Assembly: GCA_964016885.1 (NCBI GenBank)
Contig: OZ024740.1
Span: 227,974,001-228,038,000 of the forward strand
Length of the DNA: 64,000 nucleotides
Direction of reading: 5' to 3'
From: Eledone cirrhosa
Taxonomy: Eukaryota
Every line of letters begins with the position of its first letter. Position 1 is the stretch's first letter. This document shows, one piece after another, positions 26,101 through 37,900 of this stretch. A model generated the notes under the pieces. It saw nothing but the letters and a program-made list of their open reading frames with translations, searched no databases and was not told the origin of the DNA. Made by a program: the position numbers and the translations under genes.

Positions 26101-27844
26101 TGCTCTATAAACTGGTGGGCACTTAAAAAGCTAAGTGTAAATAAATGGTTTGTGAGGCCATGTATAGAGAATCAGCCAGCAGAGTTAGAGTTGGAAATGA
26201 GTACAGGGATGAATTTGAAGTGCAGGTGCGAGTTCAGTAAGGATCAGTCCTCAGTCTACTTCTAGTTATCATTGTACTTCAAGCCATCACTGAGAAGTCT
26301 AATACTGCCGCTCCATGGGAGCTCCTTTATACTGACGACCTAGTCCTCATAGCTGAGTCTGTAGGAGAGTTAGAAGTAAAATTTTAAGCATAGAAGAAGA
26401 ACCTAGAGCTGAAAGGCCTAAAAGTAAATTTAGCGAAGATGGAATTCTTAATTAGTAGGAAAGTGGCCATGCTCGATTTGTCAGAAAGGTGTGGGTAGAA
26501 ATTCCATAAGGTGCGTACTATGTAAAATATGGACACACAAGAGATGTAGTGGGATTGCAGGTAGGCTAACAGAAAAGATAGACTTTATATATGGCAAATC
26601 CTCAGGTGAAGTAAGCACAAAGAAATAGATTCCCTCATCTGCCAGGCAAGCTCCCTAGACAGCTTTTGCCACTTAGGTGATCAAATTAGTAGTGGAGAAG
26701 AATGCACTGAATGTGTAATAGTTAAGATAAGAAGAGGTTTAGTAATTCATTACCCCTTCTAACAACAAAATGCTTTTTTCTCAGAGTGAAGAGTAGACTG
26801 TATGATGCCTGGGTATGATCTGCAATGTTACATGGCAATGAAAAATTAGCCTTACCCGCAGAAGCTAGTAAGAAATGAGTCAAGTATGCTCTGATGGATC
26901 TGCAATGTTAGTGTTCATGAGCAACATAACATAAACAACTGAGGGAAAAACTTGGCATAAGAGGAATTGCTTGTAGTGTGCATGAGAGAAGACTGTGTTG
27001 TTATGGAAGATGGCAGCTGCATAAAGAAATGCAGAGAAACCCCAGTGGCTGGGACCCAGGAAGACATGGGATGAAGTTGTAAGGACTGACCTTAGCAAGC
27101 TAAACCTTACAACAGAAATGACTAAAGCCTGCAAATGCTGGCGCTATGCAGTGCTGAAGAAGACCTGACCTGCAGCTTACAATGTGACCTGGCCTACCTT
27201 CCCCCCTTCACTAGCACTCCCTAACAGTTATTCTAAACTTCACTACTTCAATCCCTCACCACATTCCTGGTAGCTCCCTCCTCTCCATGAAGTGGTTGGT
27301 GATAGGAAGAGCTTCCAGTCATGGAGAGCTTGCCATGCAAACAAGCAAAAGGTCGGTAGGGCCCTTCAGCTGTGTCATGGACATGACAGCCTCCCTAGTA
27401 TTGGTGTTCTACTCGATAAATGCACCCAGTACATGCTGTAAAGTTGTTGGTGATAAGAAGGGCATCCAGCCATGGAAAACTTGCCAGACAAAGGGTTTGG
27501 AGGACTCTCAGCTGTGTCAAAGGCATGACAACCTCTCCCGAGCACTCCTTGGAACGTGAGGCCGTACATAAGTGCACAGTTCCCTGGCATACCTGGGAGA
27601 TCAGTGGCTCCACTTTAGTACAGACCTGTCCAACCCTTGCTAGCAGGGAAAGTGGATGTTAAAACAACAATGATGATGATGATGACGATATATATGTAAG
27701 CTGGTAGAGTACTCAGTCCAAAGTACGAGTTTGATATAGAGTTAATTCTACAACAATTACCAAACCATACTTGAGAACATGTTGAAAATCCTTTTTAGGT
27801 GAAACACATTTTCTCAAGTATGGGTTTGTAATTGTTGTGGAATT

Positions 27845-27912
<68 letters not shown>

Positions 27913-28555
27913 CATAAATCATGTCCCTAGAATTATTAGATAAAATATATACAATTTCCTCTCCCAATTAGCATAATTAACCATATAAAAAATCAATTAG
28001 ACCAGGCTATAAGAATAAAGGCTCCTATGAAGAAATATTTGATAAATAACCGAAAGCAGCCTCTTCGCGGTTGACCACAATAGAGTATTTACCCAACATT
28101 TCAACAGCATGTAGAAACTGACCAAATATATCGTCAACCATACACAATTAGGTATAAATTTAAAGTTAGAAGAAACGTGTACATACCGTAATTATATCCC
28201 TACCATGGTTTCGTTCGTATTTTGAGATATCCTATTAAGGATAAATCTCGAGTATCGAACTCATCAGGAGACAAATTCAATAGGACAGTTAATTTTCCAA
28301 AGCGATCTCGCCAGAAATAGATTAAAAAAATGGCTAAGAATCGGGACGTGGCAGTGGTCAAGTTAGAAAGAATGTGATTAGTTGCTTACGGCGAGTAGGC
28401 TGGTTGCTATATAACCAATAATGACTGCCAATACTGGAATTGAACCATCAAGACCGTTGAGGTATGTCATACATCAATTCATGTATTTTATCTTCGAAAT
28501 ATATATAATGAAACATATATTGATTATGTGAATGTCTTCATTTATTAATATTCTG

Positions 28556-28596
<41 letters not shown>

Positions 28597-31500
28597 TTAA
28601 AACAGAAAACAAAAACAATAACGAAGAGTGCAGTACAAAGTGTTAGTATTAGGTTTTCACGCTTGAGAGTGGGGGTGGGGGACGACGTTTCGGGCATAAG
28701 CCCTTCATCAGGAGAAAAGTGGGAAAGAAAAGAGTTCCAAGGGTGTGTGGGGGTGGGGGTGGAAATATATTAAAAGGGGGGGGGAAGAAGGTAAGGAAAA
28801 AAATGAAACAAGTGGTGAAGGGGTGTGGGGGTGGGTGGATGGAGAGGGGGGGACTGTGCGGGCACAAGGGAGGGGGGTAACCTCTCCGGATGAAATGGCT
28901 GACCAAAGACAGGGCTTGAGTCTCGAAGTCAGCATCTCGGCTGCAGAGGTGGCGGATTCAGAGGAGTAGGGAATGCAGTGTTTGGTGTGTGTAGGGTGGG
29001 AGGAGGTGATGTCGAGCTAGGAGTCGGTGGGTTTGAAGAAGGCGGAGGGAATGGTGGGAGGGGTCGATGGCACCGAAGTGGACATGGGTGGTGGAGATAG
29101 AGGTGGTGAAGTGGAGGGAGGGGTGGAAGGAGCAGAAGAAGGAGAGAAAAGGTCCGAGCTGTTCTCGGGTGAGGGTCGTGGCTCTGATGCAGTTGTCTAC
29201 CGTACAGTTCGGGCGTGGGGCCGGTGTTTGGGCAAAGATTTGAGCCTCAATATGGCCAACGAAAAGGTTGGCATAGTTGGGGCCCATTCTTGTGCCCATG
29301 GCTACCCCAGTGACCTGCTGGTAAAACTCATCCGAGAAAGAGAAGCAGTTAAGGGTGAGGACCAGCTCAGTGAGGCGTAGGAGGGTGGGGGTGGAGAGGC
29401 GATGGTCGAGGTAGTGCCGAAGGGCGCGTGGCAGATGACGGTATAAAGTGACTTAATGTCTAGGTATTGGAAGGGATATATTAGGTTAACACTTGATATA
29501 GTAGGAAGAGGGTCCTAACATTTTGGACGCTAGTCCTTAATCAGAAGAACGAATGAGAAATAAGATAGATTGAGGAGATGGGCAGGCTGGAATTGGAAAA
29601 AATGTCTTTAGATAAAAATAACAGGTCCACTCATGTTGACATCTCTTGCAAAACTGTTGGTGCTGGCGTTTTATGTATGATTTATTTTTTAGAAAAGTGG
29701 ATGATGGAGCGCGTCTACCTGAAATGGGAAAAAAAACGTTTTGTAAAAAGAGCTATACTTGTGCACAAGCGTTAGCATGTGTGTGTGTGTGTTATTATAC
29801 GTCCGTACAAGCTTATATATATATACACATATTTGGAAAAAGAGAAGAATAGTTGGTATGCTTTGATAATCCAATGTTTTACGACAAATCATTTTTGTTA
29901 TTAGTCCTTGTTAACTTCAATGGGGAACTTTCTCACATTCAGCAGCAATTGTCAAACTGGTCTGTCACTCTGATACCAACAAGTAGTGAAGTCCTTTTTT
30001 TATTTTCAAATATATCATACTGTACCATTTTCCATTATGTATATATATATATTTGATGATGATGATGATGATGAGTACATAAATATAGTGCCAGGAAATG
30101 CCAGTAGAAGGAAGTCGCAGTAGAGTTAGACAAAGGAAGATCTTAGCAGAGGTGGTGAGAAGTGATCTCATATCGCTGAAACTCACAGAGGAGATAACGA
30201 AGGACCGCAACAAGTGGAGAGATGTTGTGCTAAGAAGAACCCATGGAAACGTGGAAAAGCAGACGTATAAATGATGATGATATATATCTATATATAAATG
30301 TTTTCTGTCTCTAATACTTAGACACCTCAATAAAAGGATAAAATATTTTAATAAACTATTAACTCAGAGAAGTAATTAAACATTATAAACTTAAGCCAAA
30401 ATCTCTATTTGACAGGGATATAAGCTTGACTGACTACAATAAGTCAGTTTTACTTATATATTTTTACGATTATTTACTTATATATTTTTACGATTTTTAC
30501 GAAATCGAGATTTTGCCTTGAAGTTTATTATATATATATCAAAATGAAGTAACGGAGTCAGAAGCTCACATTAGTCCCTGTAATTCATGAGCTTAAAGGA
30601 AAAAGAATCCTGGGCTCTTCAAATATAATATACATACATACATATTTCTATTAATATGTTGACTGGAGGCACATGGCTTAGTGGTTAGAGCATTGGCCTT
30701 GCAATCGAAAGGTTGTGAGTTCAATTCTCAGACCAGGTGATGTGTTGTTTCCTTGAGCAAGACACTTTATTTCACATTGCTCCAGTTTACTCAGCTGTAG
30801 AAATGAGATGATAGGACTGGGGTCTATATCATTCCACTGCAAAGTGGTCGTGGAGGTGCCACAGCAAAAAAGCACCCAGCACTCCCTGTAAATGAGGTTG
30901 GCGTTAGGAAGGGCATCCAGCTGTAGAAATCAAGCCAGAATCAGTTCCCGTCCCACCCTTGCAAGCAGGGAAAAAGCAGACGTAAAATGATGATGATGAT
31001 GATGACGATTTGTCCATTACCAATAGTTTTGTTAGATGTAAATACACATTTACAAGTCTTTAGATGTATTCTGAATAAGTCATATTAATCAGATCACACC
31101 TGAATGATTAATAGACATAAAAGCAACAGAGAGGATGAATTTTGTATATTATGATATCTTTTCATTGATTTGCCCCTTTTTTTCTTGTATATTATAGGTT
31201 GGTCTTGCATCTCTGTTTAATGCAATGAAACTCTATGATACTGCTTACCATTCCCTAGGTATTCACTTAAGATCTGTTTGTCGTGTAAGTATTTATCTCT
31301 GATATTCTGAGATTTCTTTTGTTAAACATTATATATTTTCTAGTTAATTCTTACAGTTTTATCAAGATTATATCAATTCAGTTGTTAAACTTTAATAACA
31401 TTTATAGCTCTTTATTTTTAACATGGTTGGCATTAGGAAGGGCATCCAGCTGTAGAAACCAAGTCAAAATACAGATCTGTATGAGCATGACATGGTCTCT

Positions 31501-34500
31501 GAACCTGACTTATCTCATAACACAACAACCTGTCTAACCCATGCAAGTGTGGAAAAATATACGTTAAATGATGATGAATTAGAAGTATATTGTTCAGAAT
31601 TTTTGATCTAGTGTTGAATCATTTACAAATGAAATTAAAATCTTGGACAAAACTTCAATTTTTTCTCAGTTTATACTGAGTTTTTCTTGTTACCAATTGT
31701 TAATTTTATGTCAAATTAGTCTTTAGAGTGACAAATTAAATACCTCTCAGCATCTGTTCTAGCTCTCTGCACTGACAGTTAAAATCCTGCTAAGGTTAAC
31801 AGTTTTATCCTTTTTTGGTGGGATGGACAGATAAATAAAGTGCAAATCCAGAACTGTGAATTGGCAGAATTGTAAAAGTATCAAACTTGTGGTATCTGTT
31901 CTGAGTTCAAATCCTGCCTCCTGTCACTAGAAAAAGGGTGACATGATAAGATGGGGGCATATTAAAGCATCCAAGCCAACTCCTAATTAGATGCAGCATT
32001 AAAGGTGACTGGCTAAAGTTACAAGATGTGAGTAGCAACAACATCAACAACATAGAATAAATAACTCTAATATTTAAGGAATACAAAAGTCATATTTAAG
32101 TGTAAGAGGTTCAATTATATGTGAATAAGACTATTAGGCATTGTTTAATGAATTTGAAATTTTTAGAAAATTACTGCTTTGGTGTGCACTGGGCAATCAG
32201 AATACATAAAGATTATTGTCTTTCTACATCTCCACCAAATATGACAATTGGGCATTACCAATCCTTTTATATCCAAATTGACAACCTAAGTTCTAATCTC
32301 CCTCCTTTCACCAAAACTGACAACCTAAGACAGGGGTTCCAACCTTTTTCATCCTGTTTACATGGTTGCAACTTTTCAAAAGTAAATTTATCTCCACTCT
32401 GTTTTGTTCAGTAATTTGAGTTTATATCTCTACCATAATACAGCAACTGACAAAGGAGACATTTTAAAATATTGTTTTATGTTGAAATACTAATAATAGT
32501 ACAAAACATTTTATTACTTATATACAATTAGTGATGAATAGCTACAGGTCCTATGATTAAATACAGTTAGTCAATGTAAACACATCAATCAATGAGATTT
32601 ATTCTTGTCCCGTACACTGGGATTGAAAAAACTAGGTCCTTCTAATCAACTGTATGAAGATGTGTGGACTCTGTTTGCCACACCAAAAACAATCCATAAA
32701 ATCTTAAACAGTGTAGAAGGGATTTTTTAGGTCTAGTCTAGGTGTAGATAAACTTTCCAATTGCTGTGATCTCATGGTAGCTAAAGCCCTCTTCTATGGT
32801 GAGATGTAGCAACTCAGGTTTAGTGAAAGCTATTCAGTGTACGAGATTGTACACTGTAAGCTACAGTGAAGGCAACACTGAATAAAAAGGGGTTTCTTTT
32901 GTTCTGGTGACAATAAAATGCACTCAGTCCATGGTGAGATGCTGCAAGATACCGTATTTCCTGGTATCAAAGACGCTACTTTTTTCCTAAAATAAGTCTC
33001 AAAAATCTACCCTGTGTCCTGGAGGCTGAAGGTTGTTTATTATTTTTTTTCAAATTTTTGGTTGTCAAAATTAGGGTGCGTCCTCGAGGACAAAGTATCT
33101 TCGGTGCTGGGAAATGCGGTATATCCAATACATGTTGACATGGAAATGGGGAATTAAAATGATAAATGATGATGAATATTAGGTTGTTATGATAGTTAAA
33201 CCATTTTCATTATTATTATTTTTTTTTTTTCAATTTCAGGATGAATCTTGTCAAAATCCATCTGTTGAACTCACTCAATCTTTATCTGTTATATTTGACC
33301 CTACTATGAAAAACAATGGCTATAAAAGTAATTATGCTTGCTATTTTCGTTCTGTCTTTTGATAAAATATTTTAATAATATATAACAGTAGTATGAAATT
33401 TTGAGAAATATAATCTTTGCTTAAAGAATGATGATAGCATAAATCAATAAACACAGTCTGAAATTAGAAGAAATTTACTGTGTAAAATTTCACAACTCAA
33501 TGTTGAATAAAGGAGAATACTAAATGTTTTTATTTATGACTTGTAAATTACCATATATCACCTTGAACAGCCAGACTGTTGGATGTTACTTTGAATTTGT
33601 TGGCCACAACAGTTCATCTGTTCTTGATCTCACCCTGATCTACTCATCATCATCAACGTTTTTATGTCCATTTTTTCCACATTTGCATGGGTTGGACAGG
33701 TCCTTTAGCACAGCATCACTCCACTCGTCATGTTTCTTCATCATCTCTCTGAGTCTCAGAAATTTGAGGTCAGCTCTCATCACCTCTGCCCAGGTCTTTC
33801 TCGGTTTACCTCTACTGTGACTTCTGTCCACTGGCATTTCTTCACCCATGCACATCACATATCTGTACCAACACAGTTTTCTCTCCTGCACACTACCTCA
33901 AATTCCCTTTAAACCCAGCTTCTCCCTCACTTCATCCAAGCTCTGCCTTTCTCTCACATTTATGTTGCACATCCAACAAATCATGGCTGCTTCATTTCTC
34001 TCCAGTTCATTGCTGCTGCTGCTTCTTCATCATCTTTATACTACTACTACTACCATTATTATTATTTATTGGGCGGTGGATTGGCAGTATCGGCCCTTGC
34101 CATTCTGAGTTCAAATCCCGCCGAGGTTAACTTTACCTTTCATCCTTACGGGGTCGATAAAATAAAGTACCAGTAATGCACTGGGTAATTACTGGCCTTG
34201 TGCCAAAAGTAGAAACAATTATTATTTCCCCTTCTTCTTCTTCATCATCATCATCTTTGTAGTATCAGTAGTGATACCGCTAATACTATTACCGAAACCC
34301 CTTCTACTGACACAACATCAGCCCCATCAACACCACAAGTACCACAGCTCCACGATTCTTTCCTGAGACATTCTAACCACATGCCCGTAATAACTGAACT
34401 GTGATCTCTCAATTTGGAGATGTGGCTCTACCTGGAGCAACTCTCTGATTTCTGAGCTACACATTCTAGTGAGTAATGTTACTCCAAAGACCCTTCAGAG

Positions 34501-34919
34501 GAACCCTGTTTTGGCCACTTGTGTTCAGGATCGTATTGATTCACTTATTTTTTCCCTTTTCAAAATAAATTGTTGATGAATCTTAGTGCTTTGTAATATT
34601 AGTAAAGCTATTTTCTTTATTTTACAATCAGATTGGTCATTGAGGAAGCTTTTTGGACGGTCACTAAGAAACCAATGCCCTCTAGCTTCACATAGTAATA
34701 TTTATATTGATGCAGCTTGTTTACAGGTGAGTATTAAAACAAATTTTCAGATCTTATGTGTAGCATAGTCTTCTACTTTGCTTTTTTGGGAATGGAAAAA
34801 GTCTTGAGTGTGACACTCCAAAATATATGGATGGTGTTTTGAAACAGAATGGACTGCAGGGAACTTAAATATTAATTGTGTGAAGATATACATATACATA
34901 TATATAAATATTAATTGTA

Positions 34920-34959
<40 letters not shown>

Positions 34960-37900
34960 TATATGTGTGTAGATATCTGAGTTGTGTCAGGGGGTAACTA
35001 CAGTTAAAAAAGGTACTCAGTCTATTGGTAGAATATAGGATCTTTATTAGCATAGGTTAGTCGTTAGTGACATCTCAGTAAGCAAGAGAAAGAATGAGAC
35101 ATACAGGAAGGTGTGGAAAAGAAAGGTCTGGAAGCTAAAAGATCTTTCATTAAAATATGAATTTAGCAAAGCCCTTCAAGATGTGTACAACATAGATGAT
35201 AACTGGAATTTCTTGCGTGACAACTTACTGCAGGCTACTGAAGAAAATTGTGGTTGGGGCAGAGCTTCAACCAGACAGAGAGTGACCTGGTTGTGGAACA
35301 GCACGGTAGATAGGGCCATTAGAGACAAAAGACTGGCATAGAAAGCTTGGAAAATGGTGGGAGTAGAGACGGATACACAGCCACTAAGAGAGAAGCTAGA
35401 CGTCAGGTGTACTTAGCACGCAGGGAGGCTGAGAGTAGGAGGTTTGCCAATGTTCTGCGATGGGAAGATCAGAGACGTGCGGTGTTCCACATTGCAAGGC
35501 AGTGTGTCAGTGCGAATCAGGATGTTGTTGGAGATAAGTGTGTCCGGAATGATGCCGGTGTACTTAGTGTCACGAATGATCAAAAGAAGGAGGCCTGGAA
35601 ATGTCATTATGAGAGACTGATGAATGTAGAGAACGAATGGGACAGAGAGAAATTACCCCCAGTAGACCCGACGCAGGAACCAGCTATTGAGATTGACGAC
35701 TATAGAGTACAAGAGGCAATTAAGGAAATGAAGAATGGTAAGGCTGCTGGACCATCGGGGATAGTTACTGAGATGCTGAAGGCATCAGAAGTAGGCACTA
35801 AACTAGTTGCACACATCATTAATTAAGCTATATATGGTGGTGTCATACCCAAAGACTGGTGCAGCAGTATTCTCATAAATTGCTACAAAGGTAAAAGGGA
35901 TGCTCTAGAGAGGAGTAATTATAGGGGCATAAAGCTGATGAATCAGGTTATGAAAGTGGCAGAGAGAATATTAGCGCAACTGATTAGAGAAAGGGTCAAT
36001 TTAGATGAGATGCAGTTTGGTTTTGTGCCTCAGAAAAGTACAACAGATGCCCTCTTCTTAGTGAGGCAACTACAAGAAGAATAAGCCACTATACTTAGCT
36101 TTTGTTGACCTAGAGAAGGCCTTTGATAGGGTACCCCGATCTGTCATCTGGTGGTCCCTAAGGAAACTAGGTGTAGAGGAATGGTTTGTGAGGACTGCAA
36201 GCTATGTATAGGGGTGCTGTCAGTAAAGTGAGAATAGGAATAGAGTTTAGTGAGGAATTCCAGATACAAGTAGGTGTACATCAAGGTTTGGTCCTCAACC
36301 CACTCTTGTTCATTATAGTCCTCCAAGCCATAACAGAGGAGTTTAAGACTGGATGCCCATGGAAACTTCTCTATGCTGATGATCTGGTTCTTATAGCAGA
36401 ATCAGTAGCGGAGCTAGAGAATAAATTCCAGCTATGGAAACAGCAGTTGGAATCAAGAGGCCTGAGAGTGAACATAGCTAAAACAAAAGTGTTGATAAGT
36501 AGAAGAGAGGACAATACTCTAATTCCATCAGGGAAATGGCCATGTTCGATATGTAGGAAACTGGCATAAATTCCATAAAATGTACGAAATGTAGATCTTG
36601 GGTAAACACGAGATGTAATGGGATAGCAGGCAAACTAACAGGTAGGGAAAACTACGTATGCAGTAGATGTACAGGGAAAGTTGGCAGTATTAATCTCTGT
36701 GATAGACTCATTTTTCCAATGCAGGTGGGTTCTTTAGAAGTGGTTGGTAGCTCCCGGTACCTAGGTGATCAGGTTAGCATGGGAGGGGGGTGTTCCGAGG
36801 CCATAGTATCTAGAATAAGGACGGGTTGGAAGAAGTTTAGGGAGCTGCTTCCTCTGTTGACAAAGAAGGGTTTCTCCCTGTGTATGAAAGGACAGTTATA
36901 TGATCCCTGTGTGAGATGCGCGATGCTGCATGGTAGTGAGACATGGGCAGCAACTGCAGAAGATATGCGACGGCTGGAGAGAAATGAAGCAAGTATGCTC
37001 CATTGGATGTGCAATGTCAATGTGCGTGAATGACCAAGTATAGACGAGTTGAGAAAGAAACTGGGTATAAGAGGGATAAGTTGTGGTGTGCAGGAGAGAA
37101 GGCTGAGATGGTATGGACATGTGATGCACATGGAGGATGACCGCTGGGTGAAGAAGTGCCAGGAAGTCTCAGTGGAGGGAAGACGCAGTAGAGATAGACC
37201 ACGAAAAACATGGGTGGAGGTGGTGAGAGCAGACCTCAGATCGCTGAAATTCACAAAGGACCGTGACAAGTGGAGAGATAGCTGTGCTGAATAGGACCCG
37301 TCCAACCCTTGCAAGCAGGGAAAAGCGGACGTAAAATAATGATGATGATGATAATGATCATCACCGTTTTATGTCCGTTCTTCCACGCTAGCATGGGTTA
37401 GACGGGTTGTCTTGCTGATACAGGAACTGATTCTGGCTTGATTTCTACAGCTGAATGCCCTTCCTAATACCAACCTCATTTACAGTGAGTGCTGGGTACT
37501 TTTTTGATTCCTCTTATGCTCAGTCTCTCTCTCAATTCATTTATGCTTTGCCGTTCGCGTATATTACTATTACACATCCATCGGAGCATGCAAACTTTCT
37601 TTCTTTCTAATCTGAGCAAGTCTTCTACAGACAGCACCCAGGTCTCACTACCATGTAACATTGCTGTTTGTATACATGCATCATACAGTCTGCCTTTCAT
37701 TTTAAGGGAAAACCCTTTTGCAGCTAGCACTAGCTCCCTGAACTTCTTCCATCCCGTTCTTACCCTAGTTATTGTACTTTCCGAACACCAACCTCCGCTG
37801 CTAATTTGGTCACCAGGACTAGTTTCATTCATATGAAATCATCAGGAATGTCCCTGATGATTTCATACGAATGTCTAACCCATGCTAGAGTGGAAGATAG

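Noticed and set aside
28745-29380. Gly/Glu-rich plus-strand ORFs
   Set aside because: Antisense of the C-rich Penelope-like RT remnant.
30664-30740. tRNA-like sequences with A and B boxes (also SINE family 1 heads)
   Set aside because: They continue into SINE bodies and tails and lack a clean cloverleaf, so they are not tRNA genes.
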